Below are positions 9,001 to 18,307 of a DNA stretch of 64,000 nucleotides, piece after piece; the first letter of the stretch is position 1; the number at the start of each line of letters is the position of its first letter. The stretch covers positions 4,482,095-4,546,094 of the forward strand of contig CBDCWI010000002.1 of the NCBI GenBank assembly GCA_965223325.1, written 5' to 3'. The stretch is from Candidatus Multivoradales bacterium. GTDB lineage: Bacteria; Acidobacteriota; Thermoanaerobaculia; Multivoradales; Multivoraceae. A program made the translations under genes and the position numbers. The notes beneath the pieces are model-generated. The model searched no databases. It saw only the letters and a program-made list of their open reading frames with translations, and was not told the DNA's origin.

Positions 9001-9525
9001 TCAGTCAGGGAACACCTCCATCTCCACTCGCAGAGTCAATTGCTGACCCGAACTCAGCGAGGCTTCGTGGTCCTCTTTGGTCAGAATCAGCGGGCCGGAG
9101 AAGAATCGCCTCTTCTTCTCCTCTGCTTCGCGCCGCGGTAGAGGCACGGTGCGGAGAACCTCGTCGCCGAGGAGGAGGCTGAACTTGAGTGTCACCTCAC
9201 GATCGTACCCAGGTCGAACGAAGAGATAACCCTTGATGCTGAATCTCACCAGTTTGCCGCGACTTATTCGATGGCGTTGAAGGGCGAGCGACCAGATGTA
9301 CACGTCGTCGCAAACGAAGTTCCGGACGCCGTCTCCGAAAGAGAAGCTGTCGCCCGGTTCTAGCGATCGGAGGTCGTTCGCCGGGAGGTCCAACTCCATG
9401 GGAGAGCGAAACTCGTGGATCTCGACTCGCTCGGCGCGAGCGATGATCTCCTGAGCTTCTGTCGCGGTTGCTGCCCCCAAGAGGAGAAGCGTGGTCAAGA
9501 GGTTGATTTGGCCGGGGCGGCGCAT
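9001..9525 (-). CDS. Hypothetical secreted protein (~174 aa)
   Basis: Likely start MRRPGQINLLTTLLLLGAATATEA (signal peptide) just downstream of the methyltransferase stop. Confidence 0.7.
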   Translation of the reverse strand: MRRPGQINLLTTLLLLGAATATEAQEIIARAERVEIHEFRSPMELDLPANDLRSLEPGDSFSFGDGVRNFVCDDVYIWSLALQRHRISRGKLVRFSIKGYLFVRPGYDREVTLKFSLLLGDEVLRTVPLPRREAEEKKRRFFSGPLILTKEDHEASLSSGQQLTLRVEMEVFPD

Positions 9526-9557
9526 GGGATCTCCATAGTTCGGGGCGGTGCTCGGGG

Positions 9558-12500
9558 TCAGGTGGCTACCTTCGCTCGGTTCGCAACTTGTGGATTGGTG
9601 GTTTCGCTTTCGATGGTGTCCTCCCACAGCTCGCGATATTCGGCTTCGCGGTCGCAGCGGAACCAGGGCGTCGGGTATGTCCGTTCGAGGTACGGCTCAA
9701 GGCCTGGGTCGCTGTAGCGGAGGGCGAGGAGTGAGCGTGCTTCCTCGCCGTCTTTCGTGATCTCGGTCGTGGTGGTCAGGTCGGCGATTGTGCATCGCTC
9801 GTCGATGCCGAGAACTGCTGCGTCGCGCTTCTTGAGCCGTACCTTTTTCTGGAGGAGGCGCTTGGTCCCGGGGGCGTTGGCTTCGTAGGCTTGTTCGATA
9901 TCGAAGCCGGTTTGCTCGGCCAGCAGTGCTGCTAGTTGAACGAGGTTGACGCAGTCGCGGCCGCTGGCGGTCCTCGCTGTTGGGATCTGGCGGCCGTGCT
10001 GGTCGTACATCCGTTCACGTTCGTACTGCTGGAGGACTGGGAACTGGCTGCGGTAGATGGTAATCAACTCCTCAATCGACAAGCCAATCAACTTGGCACC
10101 GATCACGTCAAGCCTTACAAGTGCGTTTCGCCTTTCGCGGTCACTCGTGTACGCAGCGCACTCGGCAGAGGGTGCTATATCGCCGAACGCTGTGTGATGG
10201 CAATGCAGTCGAAGAACTTCGTTGCGCAGTTCTTCTGCCAGGTCGGGGCAATCTCGCGGAACAGGTAGTCGCTCCAGAAGGCCCACGCCGCATTTGGGTT
10301 TACCGGTGGTCTTCACGAAGAAGTCGAAGCAGAGGGAGCTCGCGAGGCCGGAGAACAAGAGAAGGTCTGCCGTGCTTGCGAAGGCAACTGAAAGCACAGG
10401 GTCGATGTGGGCGCACCCGGGCGGTGCTATCGCATTGATCAAGGTGCGCTCACCGGTTGGGCTGAGCATGTTGCGATTCACATGCCTGTAGTAATCCGTA
10501 ACCAACCGCCCCCTCCACTTCGGCGTCCTCTTCCGATACTCCTCCGCATCACACGCCGGCACGTAGTTGGTGCGCGGGAGGTAGTCGTCGGGGATGGCGG
10601 TGAGGTCGATGGCGGTGTAGTCGCCTTTGCTCTTGCAGCCTTCGTTGGGGGTCTTGTTGAAAGGAGTGCCGACGTGGAAGTGGGGGCCCTGGAGGATCCA
10701 CTCGCCGGGATGTTTGGGCTGGCGGGTTTCTCTCTTGATGGTTCCGTCTTTCTGGGCGTTGGTCTCGTGCCACATCTCGGTGGCGAAGTACTGGTCCTCG
10801 AGGTCGCCGAGCTTGCGGGGCTGGGCGGCGAACTTCTCGAGGACGCGGAGGATCTCTTCGCTGTGGACGACGGGTAGGCGGGCTTCGAGGGCTGGCGTGC
10901 CGGGCTCGTCGTAGAGCTTGGCGAAGAGTTCGAGACGCTGCTCGTCGATGCAGAGGACGCGGCTTCGGTGGCCGCGCAGGTCCCAGGCGTTGTCTTCGTT
11001 CTTGATGCCGGGCACGGGGCCGTGGCCGTCGTGGGTGAGGCTGGATTCGATGGTGGTCGGATGGAGGAGATTCGACACCTGGAGGAACGAGTCAGTCGTT
11101 CTATGCCGGTAGACGTTCAGGCTGAAGAATGTGTCCATCGCACCGACTTCGGGGAAGAGCCTCAGCTTGTTATCGAACTGGTAGTGCGCTGCAAGGCGCG
11201 GATACAGCGCTGTCCTCAGCTCCCCACCCTTGGGATCGTCATACACCCCTTCCTGATGGATAAACCCAGCGATCCCGCGCTCCGATCCCAGCTCCCACGT
11301 CCGGGTGATGAAGCACTTGTAGAGATTCGTCTGAATCTTCGGTAACAGCGGATAGTTCTGCCGCTCACACAGAAACGCCTGCGTGCCTTCCATCTCCACC
11401 ATCTCAGCGACATAGTCACCCAGCTGCCCGTGGCGCCCGATCAACTCGCCACGTTGCTTGGCGATGTTCGACGACGAGGTCTTGCGTAGCGCCAGAGTGG
11501 GCTCGGCCTCCGACAGAAGCCCCGCCTCTTTCCACTGCAACTTGATCCACGGTGGGTTCCCCAGGACCAGATCAAACCCACCACCACCTGCAAACACCTC
11601 CGGAAAACACAACTCCCAGTGGAGGAAGCGGCGCTCCGTTCCTCGCTGCGAATCCTTCCGGTTCTCACCCTCCTCGTCCTTCTTCGTATCCTTCCGAACG
11701 CCTCCTCCAAAAGCCGGTTCCGGATACGCAACCTTTCGAACAACCGCAAGGTCAGGATTCCCCGCCAACAGCTCCTCAACCGCAACCACCCCACACGCCT
11801 CAACATAGTCCTCACCAAGCCGCGCGAAACGCTCAGAAATCCTGCGCAGCCGCCGAAGCCGAACCTGCGTGGACTCCCCAGCCCCGAGCATCTCCGCTGC
11901 CTCCTGGCCCACCGCCGGCAGCTTCTGTTCCATCTCGGCAATCACGTCAGCAAACAAGCCGATCTGCTCCGGCGGCCCAGGCGCCTCGGTCCGTCCTTCG
12001 AGAATGAGCTCCAGCCAACCCAACCAGACACTACGTTCAGGCAGTTGATGGCTCAGTTCAGGCGGCCAGAAAAAAAGAGAACACCAGATGTCCATCACCA
12101 GCTCGAGTCGCCGGTAGGGGCCGTTGTCGCGCACGACGGCACGCATGACCTCTTCCTGTTGGGACACCAGAAGCTCACCGTCGCGCGACATTCGAACCGG
12201 CACGAACGACGACGGCTCGATCCCGCCATCGCCGGCAACACTCGAGCCGCGCTTCTCGCCCCACACCGGGATCCGGTCGGTGGTTTCTTCGATTGCGAAC
12301 AGGCGCTCGGCGGTGACCTTCTCGAACAGCTTGTCGACGGCATCCGAAAGCCGGACAAGTCGCTCGATGTCATCTCGCGAGAAGGGCTCCTTTTGATTGG
12401 ACCTCCAATTCCGCAGTCGCTCGGCGTCCTCGGAACAGAGTTCCTTGAGCACCTTGGATTCGCCATAGGCGGCCATACCGGCTGCGGGCACCAGGAAGTG

Positions 12501-14789
12501 GTAGACGGTGTCCTCAGGGCGCTCTTCACTATGCGGCGCGGTCCCCACGTCTTCTGGAACGAGGCCGAGCCAGTTGGGCTTGGCCTTCGTTCCCTTGCGG
12601 GTCAGATCGGACGTCTTGAAGACCTGCCGGCGGGCACCGATGAGACTGTTGCCCTGCATGAGCCGCAAGCCAAACCAGGGGCACTTACCGCCTTCGTGAA
12701 TGGTGGCAAGCCAGAGCGAGACCTTGGCCAGTTCGACGGCGGTCTCATTCAGGTCGACCCCATAACAATTGTTGGTGGCCAGGCGCGCCATGACGCGGCG
12801 GCGCTCGGCCGCGTACCGGTGCGACGGCAGCAGTTCACCCGTTTCTTCCTGGCGGGCTTCGAGGTAGTGGTCGGCCAGTTGCCGGATCGCTTCGATCAGA
12901 AACGCTGAAGAGCCCATCGCCGGCTCGCAAATCGTGAGCCCGAGCATCTCATCGGCCGAGACCCGGCGGGTGCGGGTGCCGTCTTCGGATTCTTCGAACA
13001 GCAGCTCGTTCAACGAATGCTTGACCAGGCACTCGGTGAGCACCTGGGGGGTGTAGTAGCTAGCCGACTTCTCGCGGTTGCGGCCAGCCAGGCGGAAGAG
13101 AAAGGTGCCCTTGTCGTGGCGAATCGGGCGGTCTTTCTCGTCTTTCCGGATCTCTTCCGTTTTGTACTCGTCCTTGCGGCTCTCGGGAACGAACCAGACC
13201 GCCTCCTTGTCGCTGTCTTTAGGGCGGGCGACCTCAATGAGGGGCTCGCGAGCGAAGAAGCCGCTGTAGCTGAGAATGCCTTCGTAGACCGCGCCCAGCT
13301 GCTGAATGTCGAGCTGGGCGTAGGAGATGCGGCCGCGCGATTGTCTCTTCTTTTCCGCCGAAAGGGAGAAGAGTTGCAGGATCTCCTGGAGAACGACGTT
13401 GCGAAGGCGCACGCCGGCGAGGATGGGGAGCTTGGCGTCGTCAAAGAGCGGTGCCGAGAGGGCGTCGAGGTGCATCCCGTGGTCGGTGGTGCCGCCGAAG
13501 ACTCGCTCGTCTTTGAGCAGCTGCTGGGTGAGGTTGTGGCCCACTTCGGTGGGCGGGAAGCCGCGGTTGAGAACGTCGAAGAGCTTCTTCAGAGACTCGT
13601 GGAAGTAAAAGCCGTTGCGGTCGCGCTCGGTGAGGAGCGGCCTGAGCTCGAGGTCGCGCAGGCCTTCTAGGGAGTAGCCGCGGCGGTAGACCTCGGAGCC
13701 CATCGGCACCACGCGCAGTTCGGTGTCGCGCGCTTCGACATAGAACAAGAACAGCAAGCGGTAGAGCCAGGTGAGGCACTCCTTGGTGAGCTGTTCCGCG
13801 AGTGCGTCGCTGCCTTCTTCTATGCCCCACTTCGAGAAGACGTTGTCTTTGGCCTTGAAGCGCCGGTAGTGAACGGCCTCGTTGCCGAGCAGCTCAACGG
13901 CACGGCGGACGCCGATCTTGAGATCAGCGGAGACGGCGAAGGCGTGCTTGTGGGAGGCCTCGTCGAGCTGGTCGTGAAGCGGCTGGGCGCTTCGGGCTTC
14001 GTCGGGGTGGAAGGCCTGGTGGTGAATGAGCCCGGCCAGGGCATCGAGTGCCTTCTTTTCGCGCCGGCGAAAGATGGTGGAGAGGTCGAAGCTGAGCAGT
14101 GCCCCCTGGTGGTACTTGTTGCGATCGAGGAGTTGGATCTCGGTGCCGGTGAGGACGAGAACGAAGCGTGGCGGGTCGTCGAGACGGAAGAGATGCTCGT
14201 CGAAGAGCTCGCGCCAGGTGGCGGGCTGGGAACGCCGGGTATGGGAGCGCGGCGTTTGGAGGTTTTCGGTTGGGGGGTCGCCTGTCGCGCCTGCCGTACC
14301 GGTCGCCAGGTCGCCGGCGAATGGTGGTTGGTCGAGGGGGTCGGTGGTTTCTGCTTCCTGGTTGCCGCGCTGGGGGTCGGTGATTGGCCACGGGGTGTCG
14401 ACGACGAGTAGCCAGTTGCGGTTGTCTCTTCTGGACCTGAGAAGGACGGGGATGACCGCGGAGGTGGCGTTGTTTCCGGGCGCGTCGCCAAGCGCGAAGA
14501 AGTCGGGCTCGGCCTGATAGCCGAGTGCCTCGAGCAGGTGGAGGTGGAAGTCGCGAGCGATGGCGAAGCGCGATTCGGCATCGCGGGTTGAGGCGGCGCG
14601 GTTGCTGGCTTCGAACCAACGTTCGGCGAGCGCGCTCAGCCGCTCGGGGGGTGTGCGTTGGCCCTTGGCCCTCTTCTCCTCGCGCCACCTCTTGAGGAGC
14701 TCCTTTTCGAGACTGTCCTCACATTTGTGTTCGAAGTAATGCGGGGAGTAGAAGTCGCGATTCTCGATTCCGGGGAGGGCGACGGTCAT
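9558..14789 (-). CDS. Large N6-adenine DNA methyltransferase, type IIG/Eco57I-like (DISARM DrmMI-related, 1743 aa)
   Basis: LGAVYEGIL, SYYTP, motif I CEPAMGSSAFL, YGVDLN, motif IV FDLVLGNPPW, NLYKCFI; variable C-terminal target-recognition region. Confidence 0.92.
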   Translation of the reverse strand: MTVALPGIENRDFYSPHYFEHKCEDSLEKELLKRWREEKRAKGQRTPPERLSALAERWFEASNRAASTRDAESRFAIARDFHLHLLEALGYQAEPDFFALGDAPGNNATSAVIPVLLRSRRDNRNWLLVVDTPWPITDPQRGNQEAETTDPLDQPPFAGDLATGTAGATGDPPTENLQTPRSHTRRSQPATWRELFDEHLFRLDDPPRFVLVLTGTEIQLLDRNKYHQGALLSFDLSTIFRRREKKALDALAGLIHHQAFHPDEARSAQPLHDQLDEASHKHAFAVSADLKIGVRRAVELLGNEAVHYRRFKAKDNVFSKWGIEEGSDALAEQLTKECLTWLYRLLFLFYVEARDTELRVVPMGSEVYRRGYSLEGLRDLELRPLLTERDRNGFYFHESLKKLFDVLNRGFPPTEVGHNLTQQLLKDERVFGGTTDHGMHLDALSAPLFDDAKLPILAGVRLRNVVLQEILQLFSLSAEKKRQSRGRISYAQLDIQQLGAVYEGILSYSGFFAREPLIEVARPKDSDKEAVWFVPESRKDEYKTEEIRKDEKDRPIRHDKGTFLFRLAGRNREKSASYYTPQVLTECLVKHSLNELLFEESEDGTRTRRVSADEMLGLTICEPAMGSSAFLIEAIRQLADHYLEARQEETGELLPSHRYAAERRRVMARLATNNCYGVDLNETAVELAKVSLWLATIHEGGKCPWFGLRLMQGNSLIGARRQVFKTSDLTRKGTKAKPNWLGLVPEDVGTAPHSEERPEDTVYHFLVPAAGMAAYGESKVLKELCSEDAERLRNWRSNQKEPFSRDDIERLVRLSDAVDKLFEKVTAERLFAIEETTDRIPVWGEKRGSSVAGDGGIEPSSFVPVRMSRDGELLVSQQEEVMRAVVRDNGPYRRLELVMDIWCSLFFWPPELSHQLPERSVWLGWLELILEGRTEAPGPPEQIGLFADVIAEMEQKLPAVGQEAAEMLGAGESTQVRLRRLRRISERFARLGEDYVEACGVVAVEELLAGNPDLAVVRKVAYPEPAFGGGVRKDTKKDEEGENRKDSQRGTERRFLHWELCFPEVFAGGGGFDLVLGNPPWIKLQWKEAGLLSEAEPTLALRKTSSSNIAKQRGELIGRHGQLGDYVAEMVEMEGTQAFLCERQNYPLLPKIQTNLYKCFITRTWELGSERGIAGFIHQEGVYDDPKGGELRTALYPRLAAHYQFDNKLRLFPEVGAMDTFFSLNVYRHRTTDSFLQVSNLLHPTTIESSLTHDGHGPVPGIKNEDNAWDLRGHRSRVLCIDEQRLELFAKLYDEPGTPALEARLPVVHSEEILRVLEKFAAQPRKLGDLEDQYFATEMWHETNAQKDGTIKRETRQPKHPGEWILQGPHFHVGTPFNKTPNEGCKSKGDYTAIDLTAIPDDYLPRTNYVPACDAEEYRKRTPKWRGRLVTDYYRHVNRNMLSPTGERTLINAIAPPGCAHIDPVLSVAFASTADLLLFSGLASSLCFDFFVKTTGKPKCGVGLLERLPVPRDCPDLAEELRNEVLRLHCHHTAFGDIAPSAECAAYTSDRERRNALVRLDVIGAKLIGLSIEELITIYRSQFPVLQQYERERMYDQHGRQIPTARTASGRDCVNLVQLAALLAEQTGFDIEQAYEANAPGTKRLLQKKVRLKKRDAAVLGIDERCTIADLTTTTEITKDGEEARSLLALRYSDPGLEPYLERTYPTPWFRCDREAEYRELWEDTIESETTNPQVANRAKVAT

Positions 14790-15060
14790 TGGCAGACTCC
14801 GGTGGCGGAATCGGCGAATTTGGCGATTCCGGAGAGTCTAGGAGTCTAATGGCCAATTCCCATTAATACAAGGAATCAAGAGAATGTAGCGTGGGGGTGC
14901 TTGCGTTCCGGGCAAGAGGGAGCGACGGGGCTTGCCTGGTATCTGGGCGCCTGGCCTGTGGCGGGTCTAAGCCAGGTCTCAGCCGAGGGGCGATCGCCGG
15001 CAGCCAGCAGGCCGACTGCTTTTGGGGGCGGGCTCTTGCGGGGGGACCGAATGGGCGCCG

Positions 15061-18000
15061 CTAGCGGCCGTCGGGCATGACGAGTGCCGCGATGCGCAGG
15101 AACGGGTCGGGCACTGTGCGCAGGCTTTCTCTCAGGAAGCGGTGGTGCTCTTCGTGGGTCCGCTCGACTTCTCGTTGGCTTTCGTCGATCCGTTTGCGCT
15201 TGACGACGGTACTCGGTGTCTTCGAGGCCTCGTCGAGAGCGGCACGTTCATCGGCAATGGCGGCGAGGCGGCGATCACGCCAATTACTCACCCGCAGAAC
15301 GCCTTCTTGCAATTTCTGGTTGAGCCCTTCCATGCGCTCGATCCGGAGATCTCCCATCCGTCGTCGAGCAGCATCGAGGGCGGGCTCGAGCAGGGTGCGA
15401 AGCAGCTCGATGTCGGCGTCCGGCAATGCGGTGCCCGGGTTGGGCAGGTCTTTGGCGAGATCGAGGTCGTCAATCAGGGCGCGCAGCGGCTCGGTTCCCA
15501 TAACGAGAGGTTCGATGCCCGGCGTGAGCTCGAAACGGATGGCGAGCCACTCGGCGATGACTGGCTGGGTGCGTTCGTTCGAGATCACGGCCTGCAAGAC
15601 GACGATGCGCTCGTTCTCGCCGAGGCCGGAAGAGGCAGGAAGGCGGAGAACGGGCGCTTCGTGTCGTTCCAGGCAGGAGAGCACCCGGTCGTCGAGCCAA
15701 CGGCTGACGGGATGCTGTTCCCAGAAGAGCTCCCACTCCGGCCAGTTCTCTTCAGACTTTCGGGCGTCTTCGAGCGACTGCATGACGCGCTCGCGGTCGA
15801 TGGTGAGTTTGAGACCTTGATCTTTGGCGATGCGGCGCAGCTCGGGCGGGAGCTCTTCGTAGCGGCGCAGAAGATCGGCGGAGGGGTAGAGCTCGAAGCC
15901 ACGCACCGAGTCATGAAACTCGACCTCTCCGGCGAGCGAGATCTCAGAGCCGTTGTAGCCGGCATCGATCAGCTTCTGTTTCTGCAGTGCGTCCTGGGCC
16001 TGGAGCTCGGCGAAGGCGGTGCGGGCGTAGGCGAGGTCGTCTGCGAAGAGGCGTACGGGCTCGGCGGTTTCGGCTTCGAGGTGCTCTTTGTGGTCGCCGA
16101 AGATCAAGTCGGCCAATAAGGACGTTGGTTCCTGGTCGGGCAGGATCTCTTCGGCGGGGCGGCCGTGCTCGAGGCCTTCGGCAATGTGTTGCTCTTCTTC
16201 GAGCACGTCGTGCAGCTCGAGCACGAAGGCGGCGTCACCGAGGTTGCGGTGCGCTTGCTCTTCCTTTTCGATGAGGCGTTCGGCGACGCGCAGTTCGCCG
16301 CGTAGGACCTCGCCGTTCTTGACCTCGCTGGCGTCGAAGCTGCTGGCATCGGGCACTGCCAGGAGGTAGTGAACTTGAGGGTCGTGCTGCTGCCCGAAAC
16401 GGTCGATGCGGCCGTTTCGCTGCTCGAGCGAAATGACCGACCAGGGCAGGTCGTAGTGCACCAGGCGGTGGCAGTGGTGATGGAGGTTGATGCCCTCGGA
16501 GGCGGCATCGGAAGCGAGCAGGATGCGGAGGGGGCTGGCGGCGACGCCAAAAGACTCAACGCGCTCTTTCTGCTGCTGGTCGTCGAGAGAGCCGTGAAAG
16601 ACGGCGATGGCGCCTTCTTTGAGCTTCAGGTCGGAGGCGAGCGCCTCTTCGAGGAAGGCGAGGGTGGCGAGACGCTCCGAGAAGATGACGACGCGCTCGT
16701 TCTTTCCCCGGGCGCCGACGCCTTCGTCTCGCAGCCAGGCGAGCAGGTGCTGGTACTTGGCGGTCTTCTTGTCGTCGATGGCAGCGACCGCAGAGCGGAG
16801 GCGGTCGAGCTCCCTCAGGTCGTGCGCTTCTGGGCGGTCATCGACCTTCTCGGGGCCGGGGTCTTCTTCGGCCAGGCCGAGTTTCTTGCGCACGTTCCTG
16901 ATGCGCACGTCGATGGTGGCTGCGCAGGCAGCCTTCGAAGACAGGAGGGACTTGGTGAGGTGGGTGGTAAAGAGTGCTCTTGCGCCGCCGATGCTGGTCT
17001 TTCCGAGAGAGCGCAGGTCGAGATTGGCGAGCACCCGATAGGCCTCGTTCTCTTTTGGGCTCGCATCGAGGCGGTGCCTGAAGATGCGGCGCTCGCGGAA
17101 GGCGTCTTCGCTCTCGGCGGCGACGTCTTTCTTGGCGCGGCGAATGAAGAGGTGTTCGATCTCGCTGGCGTCGAAGTCCTCGGGGTCGGCGATGGCGGTG
17201 GGGTCGAGGAGCTGAATCAAGCTGGCGAAGCTCTCGGCCTTGCCGTCGTGCGGGGTCGCCGAGGCGAGCAGCAGGGTGTCGCAGCGGTCGGCGAGCAGGC
17301 GGGCGAGGCGGGATCTTTGCGAGCGGCCGGCCCCGCGCGCGCGCTCGGCGACGTGCTGGCACTCGTCGACGACGATGACGTCCCAATGCGCGTGCTCAAT
17401 GTAGGAGCGGTACTTGGCGTCTTTCTTGAGCGTGTCGACCGAGATGATCGTGCGGTCGAAGTAGTGGAACGGGTTCTGGTGGGAGGGGATTCGTGACTGA
17501 ACGCGCTGGAGACCAATGGAGTCGAGGCGGACGAGCGGCAGGGTGAAGCGTGCCCAGAGCTCGTGCTGGAACTGCGCCAGGACGGACTTCAAGGCCACGA
17601 CGAGAATGCGGTTGGCGCGACCTCTTTGGGCCAATTCGGAAAGCAGAATGCCCACCTCGACGGTTTTGCCGAGCCCCACCGCGTCGCCAATGAGGAGCCG
17701 AGCTCGGGGTTGCGCCAGGGCAACGGCGGCTGGTGTGAGCTGGTAGGGCGACGGGCGCATGGCGGCGCGGTGCCCGACGTAGAGGCGGCTGTCGGTGGGC
17801 GGAGAGGAGCGCAGGAGGCTCTCGAGAAAGAGCCGCGAGCGGCGAAAGCTCGGCGACTCGTCGACCACCAGGGTGGTTTCCTCGGGGCGCAGCTCCTTCC
17901 AGTCGTCGAGTTCTTCGAGAAAGATCGCCTCCAGGTTCTGGACCAGGCCGCTGGCACCCTGGACGTGCAGGGCGAGGCCGTCGCTTCGGCCGGCCGATGA

Positions 18001-18132
18001 CGTGCGGTGGGTCTTACGAACAATCCACTCCTCGTCGCGGATAACGACGCGCGCTCCGGGGGCGGGCGCGGTACGTCGCCTGGCGCGAGGTTTGGTGGGC
18101 CTCGGCGTGGGGGCGGGAGCGGTGAGAGTCAT
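15061..18132 (-). CDS. SNF2-family helicase (DISARM DrmD-related, ~1023 aa)
   Basis: LLIGDAVGLGKT, VVDECQH, ASATPHDG, SEGINL, LEQRNGRIDRFGQ; probable ATG at 18132 after AAAGGA. Confidence 0.92.
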   Translation of the reverse strand: MTLTAPAPTPRPTKPRARRRTAPAPGARVVIRDEEWIVRKTHRTSSAGRSDGLALHVQGASGLVQNLEAIFLEELDDWKELRPEETTLVVDESPSFRRSRLFLESLLRSSPPTDSRLYVGHRAAMRPSPYQLTPAAVALAQPRARLLIGDAVGLGKTVEVGILLSELAQRGRANRILVVALKSVLAQFQHELWARFTLPLVRLDSIGLQRVQSRIPSHQNPFHYFDRTIISVDTLKKDAKYRSYIEHAHWDVIVVDECQHVAERARGAGRSQRSRLARLLADRCDTLLLASATPHDGKAESFASLIQLLDPTAIADPEDFDASEIEHLFIRRAKKDVAAESEDAFRERRIFRHRLDASPKENEAYRVLANLDLRSLGKTSIGGARALFTTHLTKSLLSSKAACAATIDVRIRNVRKKLGLAEEDPGPEKVDDRPEAHDLRELDRLRSAVAAIDDKKTAKYQHLLAWLRDEGVGARGKNERVVIFSERLATLAFLEEALASDLKLKEGAIAVFHGSLDDQQQKERVESFGVAASPLRILLASDAASEGINLHHHCHRLVHYDLPWSVISLEQRNGRIDRFGQQHDPQVHYLLAVPDASSFDASEVKNGEVLRGELRVAERLIEKEEQAHRNLGDAAFVLELHDVLEEEQHIAEGLEHGRPAEEILPDQEPTSLLADLIFGDHKEHLEAETAEPVRLFADDLAYARTAFAELQAQDALQKQKLIDAGYNGSEISLAGEVEFHDSVRGFELYPSADLLRRYEELPPELRRIAKDQGLKLTIDRERVMQSLEDARKSEENWPEWELFWEQHPVSRWLDDRVLSCLERHEAPVLRLPASSGLGENERIVVLQAVISNERTQPVIAEWLAIRFELTPGIEPLVMGTEPLRALIDDLDLAKDLPNPGTALPDADIELLRTLLEPALDAARRRMGDLRIERMEGLNQKLQEGVLRVSNWRDRRLAAIADERAALDEASKTPSTVVKRKRIDESQREVERTHEEHHRFLRESLRTVPDPFLRIAALVMPDGR

Positions 18133-18307
18133 GGCGAACCGTCCTTTCGAACGAGCCGGCGATCGCGGTGGGGCGAGGCGACTCGAATGGGGCAATGAAT
18201 CTAGCCAATTAATGTTTGAAAAACAAGAATTACTAATATACTGGTGAAACGGTGTTTTGAACCGTCCTCGCCATGCCCTCCAGGGCCTTTTCACTTTCTT
18301 TCCGCCA

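Noticed and set aside
11619-17496. Long antisense ORFs (e.g. 11619-12908, 15022-16119, 16369-17496, also 39314-40585 and 53857-54972)
   Set aside because: Shadow frames of high-GC genes with no recognisable motifs
14850-18235. Shared GCCAATT...CAAG(G)AAT motif upstream of the methyltransferase and SNF2 genes
   Set aside because: Spacing differs (10 versus 13 bp) and the match is short in AT-rich promoter DNA
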